Shown: in pieces, positions 53,979-64,000 of the stretch
Layout of the letters: each line of letters starts with the position of its first letter
Numbering within the stretch: the first letter of the stretch is position 1
NCBI RefSeq assembly: GCF_000143415.4
Contig: NW_003314328.1
Location: forward strand, 1 to 64,000
DNA: 64,000 bases
DNA from: Selaginella moellendorffii
Taxonomy: Eukaryota; Plantae; Lycopodiophyta
Reading direction: 5' to 3'
Made by a program: the position numbers and the translations under genes
Notes under the pieces: generated by a model
What the model was told of the DNA's origin: nothing
Databases searched by the model: none
Seen by the model: the letters and a program-made list of their open reading frames with translations, nothing else

Positions 53979-54780
53979 TTAAAGTTCAAGTTCGGCTTGG
54001 AGAATTCCTGCTGGCGGCCACCACTTTGCGAACCGATGAAGATTCATTCGAAGCCGACATTCCCTATGATGACCTTGCTGCAAAGTCTCGGCCTGGAAGA
54101 GGAAGTTTTAAAATCGATGTCGAACCAAACCTTCCAAGAGAGATTTAGATTTCTTACTTGTTTTTCCCAGTTTGTGAAGACACTAGAGATCAAAAGGAAG
54201 GTTATCGGTTGTGTGCCTGTTCCACAAAGAATTCCAATCACTAGTCCCTGTTCGATTTGAGAGGAACACAAAACTTTGACGATCAGGAGTGACAAAACAC
54301 GATCATTCACACCTTTCCATTGAGGCCGAAATGGAACGCGAGACTGTAAGCGATTGGTACACCAACAATGTAGTAAGCTCCCAGATTTGCAGCAGCAGCA
54401 GTAGCTTGCCATCCACAACCCCTCGCAACACCGAAAGTTCTCACGATCGATCATAAAATCCCATGAAAGTCATCTCCGAAGTTCTTGGAGCGATTATGAG
54501 CTTACCCGAGATGGATCGTTGGATATCATCCATGAAGGAAATGAGGGCTGTGATCGGTCCAAGCTTCGCCACATTGTTGATAACTTCTGGTTCGTTGCTA
54601 TAAACTCTTCCCAGAAAGTGGCGAGCCAAGAACAAGAGAATCGCCATTGTCGTAGCATCAAGGAGGGCGAGACCAAGTGTGACAAAGAAGGCAAACCGCG
54701 CATTGGAAACTTGGCCAGCTCCAAGCTCATTGGAAATTCGCGTACTATGAAAGACCAAAACTAGAGGAATGTCCATACCT
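53979..54780 (-). pseudogene. MATE (DTX) transporter, C-terminal half only
   Basis: STRISNELGAG, VYSNEPEV, GVARGCGWQ..NLGAYYIVG, TNWEKQ with introns; no room for N-terminal exons before the peroxidase. Confidence 0.85.
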
Positions 54781-55051
54781 AAGAAAACAAAGGAAAAGGT
54801 TAAGCATTAATTTAAAAGGGTGTGAAGAAATTTCACATTACTTCCAGCAAATAATTTTTACAAAAAATAATTTCACTTTGTCTACTCGATGAGCAACCTT
54901 GTGGTACAAAACCCTGAGAATCATTGCCAGAACTGCTAAAGCTAGATAATAATAAGATCCACTCATCAGAATAGTCCACCTCAAGAATCGCACTTATATT
55001 ATAATGAACTAAATTGCATGACAGTAACTTGAGCTGCGGAGTCTAACCAAG

Positions 55052-56186
55052 ATGAGATTTCTGGCTGTTTTGATTGCAATCGCAGTGATTTTTCCAAGCT
55101 CTTCCCACCAATTCTGGCCCGGTTTCTACGACTCGAGCTGCCCAGGCCTCGCATCCATCGTCGCGCAAGTTTCACTGAGGAGATTCCAGCAGCTGACCAA
55201 TCACCCAGCACAAGTTCTTCGGCTCTTCTTCCACGACTGCTTCGTAGAGGTTTGTGTTGATCGGGTAGAGCGCGTTTGCCAATCCCACAAGCAATGCAGG
55301 GCTGCGATGGATCGATCCTCATCGGCCAAACTCCGCAGTCCTCGGTCGAGAGAGACTCCGTGGCAAACCGGGACTTAGTCCAGGATGCGTTTGATACGAT
55401 CGATCTCGCGAAGCAAGCCGTGGAAGCCCAGTGCCCGGGTGTGGTCTCGTGTGCTGATATACTTGCGATGGTCACTCGAGATATGTTGATCCTGGCAAGT
55501 TTCCAGCATACTTGTATGTCCTTGTTTTGATCTTTATAAACTCTTCCAGGCGGGAGGGCCGGGCTGGAATCTGGCGCTCGGACGGAGGGATGGAACAGTG
55601 TCACGCGCGGATAGCGCGCTTAGAGAAATCCCATCGCCAAGGTCTGGTCTGGACGAGCTGCTCAAGAACTTCCACAGCAAAGGACTCAACTTACTTGATC
55701 TCGTCACGCTCTCTGGTATGGATATATAGCTGCTAGCTCGAAAAGCCTCGATGATCTTCTTTTTTTTCAGGCTCTCACACGCTCGGGGTCTCCCACTGCT
55801 CGCAATTCAGCCAGAGGCTCTATGGAGTCAACACCTCTCTGGACGGCACTGACCCTTCTCTCGATCCATCCTTCGCGAAGGAGCTCAAGAAGGACTGCCC
55901 GCCAGGAGCCCCTGTGACGGCCATCGAGTTCTTCGACAAGGCCGCGCCTTTCACCTTCGACAACCATTACTTCAAGAACCTGGAAGCCGGCAGATCGCTG
56001 CTCACATCCGACGAGAGCCTCCTCGCCTCCTTCCCCTCCAGGGAAATCGTCAGGCTATTCGCTCGAGATCCACCGCTGTTCTTCTTTTCCTTCGCGGCAT
56101 CCATGGACAAGCTCTCCAGACTGGGCGTCAAGACCGGCGGGGCGGGCGAGATCCGGCGATCGTGTAACCGATTCAATGCGCAGTAG
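55052..56186 (+). CDS. Class III secretory peroxidase, 4 exons
   Basis: Signal peptide, FYDSSCP, LRLFFHDCFVEGCDGS, VSCADIL, GSHTLG, FDNHYF. Confidence 0.96.
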
Positions 56187-56233
56187 CTAGAAACTCTCAA
56201 AAACCCTAAAAGTAAGAACCCTAATATTTGTGC

Positions 56234-56800
56234 TCAAACTTCTTTAAAGCCCTTGCGAAAGTCCGCGAAATCCTCCCCTTCTTTTTCTTCTCCTTCCATC
56301 TCCTCGCCCCTTCTTCCTCGCCCGAATGGCTGCGGCGATGGAGCTCTCCGGTGGAATCCCTCCTCGTCGCTGCCCCTCTCTCTCTCGCCGTGCTTGAAGA
56401 TCCCAAAGTTCCCAAACAGCTCGTTTGCGATCTCTTCCGCCGCGCGCATGAATCCCTCGATCTCGCCCGATAGATGCTCCTCCAGCGCCTCAGAGAATCG
56501 TGACAATGGATTGCCGCTGCTAGAGCCAAGGCTGTGCTGGTGATCGCCCTCCTCCTCGCTTGGAACGTCCTCCTCCGTCTCCTCTCTCTTGGACTCCACG
56601 ACCTCGGGCTTCCTAGATCGATGATGATCGAAATTGGAAGAAAGAAATAAAGATTACCTCCCAGGGCAGTGGCGGAGGAGCTGCTCGAGCCTCTCACACC
56701 TCAAGATCGGCTTCCTCGTCTCTGGATCCTCCACGGTATTGCAAGTCTTGCGGCGAATCCTGGTATAGCTGCAGCCATCGGCATCGATCTTGCCCTCCAT
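56234..56800 (-). CDS. Small protein resembling Mal d 1-/Fra a 1-associated proteins, 2 exons
   Basis: MEGKIDADGCSYTRIRRKTC...RCERLEQLLRHCPGR|PEVVESKREETEEDV; C-terminal DFRKGFKEV. Confidence 0.65.
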
Positions 56801-56878
56801 CCTCGCTCCAAAATCCCTGGCGTTTCGAGATTAGGTCTCTTGGCCAAAGCCCACGAAATTAGGGTTCTTGAGCGAGCT

Positions 56879-58004
56879 ATGGCTGCGCGCCCCAAGGAGC
56901 CCTCCACGGCGCCCCAGGCCGAGCACTGGTATCCTCTACAGCTTGGATCCAGCCTCAAGGATCCGTCCAAGCGCTTCTACTTCCTGCGCTGTAAGTGCGA
57001 TCTCGATCTCGATCGATATTTCCAGCTGAGATTTCTTTCTTTGTCTGTGGCGCTTAGATGAATTCAAGCCTGCTTCGATCGATACGAGCCGGCCAGGGTC
57101 GCTCCACAAAGACAAGGGCGCCGAGGTGACTGTGGAGCTCTCAAACAATCAGCCAGGGAAGCCCAAGGTCGCGTTTCAAGGTATTAGCGAGGACTGCAAA
57201 GACTCCGATGCTATCTTGTTCTTTGATGGAAGGACTTTCAGATTAGAAAGGCTCCACAGGGCAGTGAAGAGCCTCAGGCATCTCCGGTTGCCTGGCGAGT
57301 CTGCGGCCTCCTCCTCCTCGGCTCTCGCAGCTCCGGACAATCGATCGCCTTTGCATCTGAATGGAACGAGCAGTGCTAGCGCCGGAGACGATGCCAACGT
57401 CTATAGAGGCCCTCGGGTATGTGATCCTCGAACTTTCTTCCTCGTTTCTATGCTCTTGGGCTTGTTCTTAGTTTCGTGCTCTTGGTTTTTCTTCCAGGAA
57501 CACATCGAAGAGATTGTCATTGGTGGCCAGCCCGAGGCCGCAGCGAGCAACAAGAAAAACGAGAAGAAAGCTGCTGGGAGCAAAGGAAAATCGAAAGCCG
57601 CAGCGCCATCTCCTCCGCCGAAGCGATCACACGCGGATGAGTTCTCGCCGGTGGACATGGAAGACGATGCTGCTGCGGACGCGAAGAAGCTCAAGCCGAG
57701 CGGTGGTGTTCTAGCCAACAACGTCGAGCACATCGACGTGAGCAACAACATGGAGGAGGGCATGGCGGAGCACGAGAGTGACTACGAGCTCGAGGACGTG
57801 GATGTGAGCGAGGACGAGGACGGGCAGCTCAACTCCAAGCCGCCGCCGCTCTCGATCGAGAGCCATCCTGCTGTGCCGGATCATCCAGAGTCCAAGGCAA
57901 GCTCCAGCGAGAGTGGAAGCAGCAGCAGCTCCGAGGGTGGAAGCGGAAGCAGCAGTGGCAGCGATGGCAGTGACGATGAATCGGCGAGCTTGCTAGAGAT
58001 TTGA
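56879..58004 (+). CDS. ELL-associated factor (EAF) family protein, 3 exons
   Basis: WYPLQLGSS..FYFLRY-EFKPASID..FDGRTFRLERL; acidic/Ser-rich tail. Confidence 0.88.
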
Positions 58005-58227
58005 TCATCATCCGGGCTCCAAAGAAGAACTCTCTCAAGGGAGAACTAAGAAGAAGTGGCACGAACAAAGGTATCTATAGAAACGCACTATGACCATGAG
58101 CGTTATCTCCAAATTTCTATCTTCCATCTCTGAGACCTACACTTGAATAAAAGGTGAAATATGTTGCCATGCGTTTGAGGGTTTTGCCGCGCATTTCCTT
58201 TGTTCTTCGTCTCGGTCTCTCGCTCAA

Positions 58228-58541
58228 ATGCGCCAAGCGATGGAACGCGTCCGAGGCGCAATCCCGCCGGCGCCATGGCAGCACAGGTAGGCGCCTTCTT
58301 GCTTGCGCTGCGATCGATCGGCGGCGAGAATCCTCGTTCTTGCGCTTGTTTCCTCCGAAATATCGATTCCTGAGGCGCTTTTCGTGCGTGTTCTCGCAGA
58401 TCGCCACCGCGCGGCGGCAACGTCGACATCGAGTCGGGCATCGAGATCGCGGAAGAGCCCGGCGAAGAGGAGCCGGAAGTGTCCTTCTGGACGAAGCTGC
58501 TGCATTCCATCAAGAAGATCATCGGCGGCACCAGGAGCTGA
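58228..58541 (+). CDS. Putative small 2-exon protein (~66 aa), unknown function
   Basis: GT-AG intron ~58287-58399 joins MRQAMERVRGAIPPAPWQHR to SPPRGGNVDIESG...FWTKLLHSIKKIIGGTRS*. Confidence 0.35.
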
Positions 58542-58682
58542 GAGACAGCGTGATTCTCTCGCTCGATCCCTCGTTTCTTTCTTCCTAGAGTAGAAATCTC
58601 GGTTCTTCCTCTCTCTCTTTCTTGAGTGTACAGGGCCATTTTTTTTTTGGTTAATGCCTAGTGCCGCTTAAACCCTAAGGCT

Positions 58683-60021
58683 ATGGCGGATCACGGAGAG
58701 CGCAATGCCGTGGCAGCGCCATTCTCCTCCTTGGCTGTTCGATCCTCGACGGAATGGGTAGCCGATCACGCGTCTCATGTTTCCATCGATCCCGCCGGTG
58801 AGAATTTTTCACCCAGAACTTTTTCTTTCTTTCTTTCCTTCTTTTGTATGATCTTCCGTGGTGATTGTGCAGGCATTGCAAAGGTGGTGGATAGTCTGCA
58901 CGGAGATCTCCCAGCTGTTTCATGGGACTTCGAAGGCATCCATTACTTCGATGGTGGTCCTCTCACGGCACAGTACTTGTTGGTCCTTGACACTCTCAAC
59001 TTCTGCTTTTGGCCAGGTTTGATCATTCCTTTCTTTTGTTGCTTGACACTGTCGTTTTTTGTAGATGGCGACCTTCACTACGATCACTTGGCGGCGGGGC
59101 TCAAGCGCGCTTTGCAAAGAGATAACAGCATTTTCGATGCTAAGAGTCTCAAGTCTTTCACAGGTAAGCGCTTGTTTTTTAGCTTTTGCGGTCAAGTTTT
59201 TTTGCTGATTAGTTAGCTGCGTGTGTCAAACGCAGGCATTCAGTTGCGTGAATTACTTGAATGGCCACGCCCACTTCCTCTAGAGGACGAACGTGCCCGT
59301 TTATTAGCAGAGGTTAGATTCAATTTGTGCACTGACACGCACACAATTTTTTTTTCTCTCTTTTGTTTTTTCTAGGTGGGGACTGAACTAGAGAGAAGCT
59401 TCGATGGACAAGCAGTAAACTTAATCCTTGCTGCAAGCGGCTCGGCTGTCGCTCTTGTGGAACTGGTTGCTATGCATTTTCCGGGTAATCAGTTGTTCTT
59501 GGATATGTATGAGCTGTTCTTTTGATCCTTGTACACGTCCAGGCTTCAGGGACCATTCCGTGTACAAGGGGCATCAAGTCTTCCTTTACAAGAGAGCTCA
59601 GATATTTGTTGCTGATCTTTGGGGAGCTTTCAAGGGCCAAGGCTTGGGAGCATTCGCGGACATTGCTGCTATAACGATGTTTGCGGACTACATTGTTCCT
59701 GCTGTTCTTCGGCAGTGGGGAATCCTCAACTACAGCCCGAAACTTGCTCGAATAGTAGACAATCTTGAGGAGCTGTCGTCCGGCACGGAGGAAGAGATTG
59801 AAATTCGCGCGTGTACAATCGCAGCAGTGGAGATGCTCCGAGAGAAACTAAGATCGAAGGCTGGGAAAGAGGTATGAGTCGATTGGATATCACACCAAAC
59901 TGTTCGCGACATTGAAATCTTCCAGGTCCTGAGCGTGCAAGTGGATTGGTGGCTGTGGTCGTCGGGAATAGGAGCAAACAAAAACCTTCGATTTCATCGG
60001 ACCCGAACACTCTACTATTGA
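58683..60021 (+). CDS. Queuosine salvage protein (DUF2419 / QNG1-like), multi-exon
   Basis: LDTLNFCFW, GFRD, FLYKRAQIFVADLW, TMFADYIVP, EIRAC, HRTRTLYY*. Confidence 0.93.
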
Positions 60022-60823
60022 CAAGGTAGATAGATCTACATAGATCTAAATATACTGATCCTTTTTTCTTCTTTGCAGAGAATGCACAAACTAGTCTTGG
60101 ACCAGTCCGATCTCCGCTACTCTCTCCAATGCCGAGGGAGCGCCTACCATCCCGCACGACCCCCAGTTCTCTAGACTCTCATATCCATCTGCAAACAGCT
60201 CGAGGCAACGATCAGTAGCGAGCAGCATAGCCATCACGCGCTCCACGAGCACACTAAACAGCCAGGAACTCTTTGCAAGCGCTAGTGGATTCTCCATTCA
60301 GCCGGCTCCGAATTCTCCGGACAGTCTCGCCTTTTGTAGTGGGCTGCAAGAGAGGTTAAGGCGTACAAGTATGTGGCTTGGTGACAAGGACGGCATTAAT
60401 AGCCTTGTGCTAGCGGGGCACCCTTCGTGGCGTCACACCTTGGATTTGTTCCAGCCGCTGGACCGCTGAGCCGATGGGACGATGCCAGTGGCGGATACAA
60501 TTCGGAGGGCATTGGATTTGAACGCTCGAGGTATCTTTGTCCCCAATAGATGTTTTCTCTGACCAACTTGGATTTGTTTATTCCAGAAAACAGTGGTCAG
60601 TGCATCGATCTGGCGAGCATGAATGATCCACAAAGGTGTGTGAAGATAATGTTTTCGATTTTGGGCACTGCAGCACGCAAACGGCATCATTGTTTTGGCA
60701 ACGCTAGAACGTCAGCATGATCCTCGAAGAACAATGACTTCCACGAAACGACGAGGTGAAACTTCGAGTAAAGTTTAAGTTGGTAGCCTAGTCGCTCGCG
60801 AATAAATTCGCTATGACTCTAAC

Positions 60824-61700
60824 TTCGTTTTCTCGTGACGATTTTTCCAGGCCATTGCCACGAGAAAAGCTTGTCTGGCAAGATCGTCAAATGAGAAGCC
60901 TACATGATCTTCGAGAATCTGGGCGATGGGAACGTTGGCCAGTGGGTCGTGCGCATCAAGTCATGCACAAGCCTCTCTCGAGCGGCGCAGCTCCACGCAC
61001 AGTCGCACAAGAGCCTCGAATTCGACAATTACCTCTCCAAGCAGATGTATGGCAAATGCGGCAGCCTCCAAAACGCTCGCAGCGTCTTTGACACCATCCA
61101 GATCTTCTCGTGGAACTTGCTGCTATCGGTGCATGCCCAGAACGGGGAATTGGAGGAGGCCAGGCGGTCCCGTGCAAAGCCTCGGTGTCATGGAACATGA
61201 CGGCGTGAGAAGCTGGAAGAAGCGAGGGCTGTTTTTGATGGCATGGATTTGGAGGAAAGGGATCCAGTGTCGTGGAATGTGATGTATGCCCATAGTGGGC
61301 ATTGAGGAGGTATTTGATGGAATGCCACTTGGGCTCCTGGAATGCGCTGTTTTGAGGAAGCGAAGGATGTGTTTGATGGTATGCCCGCGAGGGACTTAAA
61401 CTTCCTGGAGCACCATGCTGGCGACTGTTGCCACCCTTGGGCATCTTCAAGAAGTCAAGGAGTTTTTTTGGTTTGATTCCCGAGTGGAATACCGTCGCAC
61501 GTTTTGACGAGATTCCATGCAGCAGCATATGCCCAATGCGGGCATCTTGGCCTTGTAGCTCGTTGACTCCATGCCACGAGCGAAACTCCGTGTCATGCAC
61601 GACGATCCTCGGCGGCTGACCCTACCAGCGGAGCAAGCATCTACAATGACTATGTCGTGTGCTGGAATGACATGTCTATGCTTGAAACGTAACCTGTTTT
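60824..61700 (+). pseudogene. Deleted/frameshifted duplicate of the PPR gene at 63047
   Basis: Colinear with 62980-63960 with many internal deletions. Confidence 0.9.
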
Positions 61701-61829
61701 CTATCTAGCAGTTCGCTAGATTAGGTCTGCTATCCGCTGCATGGCACCAGTGACATAGAGTGAGCTCCCTGGTTAGTAGAAACTTGGAAAATGGCAAGAA
61801 AACGACTGGGTGGCATAACCATTATTGCT

Positions 61830-62894
61830 TCTAGAGAATATCCGTGCGTCACACCCTAGATGCCACTTGGGACAGCAACCAAGTCGTCCACTGGAACCAT
61901 CTCTAAGATATCCCCGAGGCGAAATTCTAAGAAGCTCATGCTTTTGGCAAGTCCAATCCCTAATCTCAAGCTTGATCTTGTTCTACAAAGTCGCAATGGT
62001 GGGAAGTTGTCTTGGAAGGAAATACCATTGGACTTTTTGATGGATTTGTGTCCACAAAAGCTCGCATTGCTCCAGGCCTCAGGACCATGCCAAGCAAAGC
62101 TTTCGAAAGTGCAGCACAAGGAGCATGCTCTTCAAAGAGATCGGCCAATTGTAAGAGACAATGGCCTGGATGGAGCCACAGGACCTTGATGAGTATCTCC
62201 AAAACATCCTCGCCAATCTTCCAGGACATCCGGTCCTCGTCCTCATCATCCATTTCCTCGTCGTCCATTTCCCCGTCGTCTTGGATCGAGCTTTCCTTGG
62301 CAGCACTGGCAAACTGTCCAGGAGGGTTATATTCCTCTTTACTATAAAGGCTCCGACGATCTTGAGAGCAACCTTGCCTTCTTCTTCTTTGCGAGTTGGA
62401 AGGACTTCACTACTATATGGACAGTATTTGTGTGTGATCTTTTCTCCAGACGAGTGTTCAAAGGCACTACCCAATTTTGAATCTTACCAAAAATATTCCT
62501 TTGGAATGGCCATAGTGAGTGCAAGACGATACAAGCTTGTTGTGCCTATATTCGATATCGGAGCTTGGAACTCTGTGTTGATGTAGTGCGAATGGATGGG
62601 AGGAAATCGATGGCTCGGCGGAGTACTGTGTGGTCAAGGTGAATGGTATGGGTTGAAGGCTCTTCGATCAGACGAGGAGCGATTAGCATCACAGTTGCTA
62701 AAGGTTAGCGTGCAATTGGAGATATCAAGCTTGTCTCGCCACCATTCGAAGTATTCAAGCTTGAGAAGTGGCAGAATGGTTTCTTAGGTGCCCGGTATAA
62801 TACTGGGCCTGTGAAGTGGTGGGGAGCAATGCCAAGGAGATTGCATGCTTGACTGGAACTGATGATCAAGAAGATTGGGGACTGGACTTTGGAA
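61830..62894 (+). pseudogene. F-box pseudogene, inverted paralog of 47890-48948, with internal insert
   Basis: LDLVLQSRNGGKLSWKEIPLDFLMD vs LDLVLRQSKDGELSWKEMPLTFLMD; KALPNFESY..RRYKLVVP; stops and frameshifts. Confidence 0.85.
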
Positions 62895-63046
62895 TGATGA
62901 AAGTTGACAACAAGTTTGTGAGCATCACGTCCTCCTCCCTACATTCCCCATGCACTCTGTGCGGCACCCGCCACGAGATTTAACTTGGTTTTCTCATTTT
63001 CCAGGCCACTGCCAAGAAAAGCTAGATCGTCAAATGAGAAGCATAC

Positions 63047-64000
63047 ATGATCTACGAGAAACTGGGCGATGGCAACGTTGGCCAGTGGGTCGAGCGCATC
63101 AAGTCATGCACAAGCCTTTCTCGAGCGACGCAGCTCCACGCACAGCTCCTCCACTCGCACAAGAGTCTCGAATTCGACACTTACCTCTCCAACTTGCTCG
63201 TCCAGATGTATGGCAAATGCGGCAGCCTCCAAAACGCTCGCGACGTCTTTGACGGCATCCGCCACAAAGATGTCTTCTCGTGGAACTTGCTGCTCTCGGC
63301 GCATGCCCAGAACGGGGAATTGGAGGACGCCAGGCGGTTGTTTGAGGCCATCCCGTGCAAAGACTCGGTGTCATGGAACACGATTTTGACTGCGCTCGTC
63401 CAGGGCGAGAGGGTGGACGAAGCGAGGGCTATCTTTGATGACATGGATTTGGAGGACAGGGATCCGGTGTCGTGGAATGTGATGCTTACTGGATATGCCC
63501 AAGCTGGGCATTTGGAGAAAGCACAGGAGGTTTTTGATGGGATGCCGGTTTGGAACTTGAGCTCCTGGAATGCGCTGTTGTCGGGATACTCGCAAGCGGA
63601 TTGTTTTGAGGAAGCCAAGGATGTGTTTGATCGCATGCCCGCGAAAGATTTAACTTCGTGGAGTGCCATGCTTGCTACAGTTGCTACCTTGGGGCATATG
63701 TCTGAAGCTAAGGAGTTTTTTGGGTTAATCCCCGAGTGGAATACCATTTCATGCACGGCTATGCTGTCGTGCTTTGCGAAACACGGGCATTTAGAACAAG
63801 CTAAAAGTGTTTTTGACAAGATGCCTGTGAGGGATTTTATTTCGTGGAACGCCATGCTATCTGCATATACCCAATGCGAGCATCTTGATTCTGCCTTGGA
63901 GCTCTTTAACGCCATGCCCGAGCGAAACTCCGTGTCGTGCACGACAATCCTCGGCGGCTGCGCTCACAGCAATCGAGCTAGTGAAGCGGAGCGCATCTTT
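63047..64000 (+). CDS. PPR protein (short-repeat-rich PLS type), runs off the window end
   Basis: Open frame MIYEKLGDG..MYGKCGSL..SWN with ~31-aa repeats; possible upstream exon (acceptor near 63004). Confidence 0.88.
   Translation, partial: MIYEKLGDGNVGQWVERIKSCTSLSRATQLHAQLLHSHKSLEFDTYLSNLLVQMYGKCGSLQNARDVFDGIRHKDVFSWNLLLSAHAQNGELEDARRLFEAIPCKDSVSWNTILTALVQGERVDEARAIFDDMDLEDRDPVSWNVMLTGYAQAGHLEKAQEVFDGMPVWNLSSWNALLSGYSQADCFEEAKDVFDRMPAKDLTSWSAMLATVATLGHMSEAKEFFGLIPEWNTISCTAMLSCFAKHGHLEQAKSVFDKMPVRDFISWNAMLSAYTQCEHLDSALELFNAMPERNSVSCTTILGGCAHSNRASEAERIF

Noticed and set aside
60091-60700. Short minus-strand ORFs after the queuosine salvage gene
   Set aside because: No recognisable motif or consistent exon chain

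Overview
Eukaryotic plant nuclear DNA, very gene-dense, with ~45-80 nt introns, many PLS/DYW PPR genes and a sperm-type IQ protein. This is most consistent with a lycophyte such as Selaginella (inference from gene style; no database search). The first ~11 kb is mobile and accessory DNA: a multi-exon gene joining a ParB-like domain to a beta-class N6A/N4C DNA-methyltransferase-like domain (possibly transposon cargo), a decayed Crinkler-type nuclease-kinase gene, and an internally deleted Ty3/gypsy element with ~170-bp LTRs. Next come a serine carboxypeptidase, a GH3 glucan exohydrolase, an apparently intact Mutator element (293-bp TIRs, perfect 9-bp TSD), ECA3, SPATA17-like, a Q/N-repeat peroxidase, a CTD phosphatase-like ORF, PPR genes, DUF4408/DUF761, PLAT-like, CE6 esterase, F-box and RPS9 genes. 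At 50.0-56.2 kb lies a tight run of BAHD acyltransferase, a PAL-family MIO enzyme with a non-PAL substrate pocket, a MATE fragment and a class III peroxidase: a candidate specialised-metabolite cluster. The window ends with EAF, queuosine-salvage and duplicated PPR/F-box sequences. The strongest novelty candidates are the ParB-MTase gene and the BAHD plus aminomutase-like pair.
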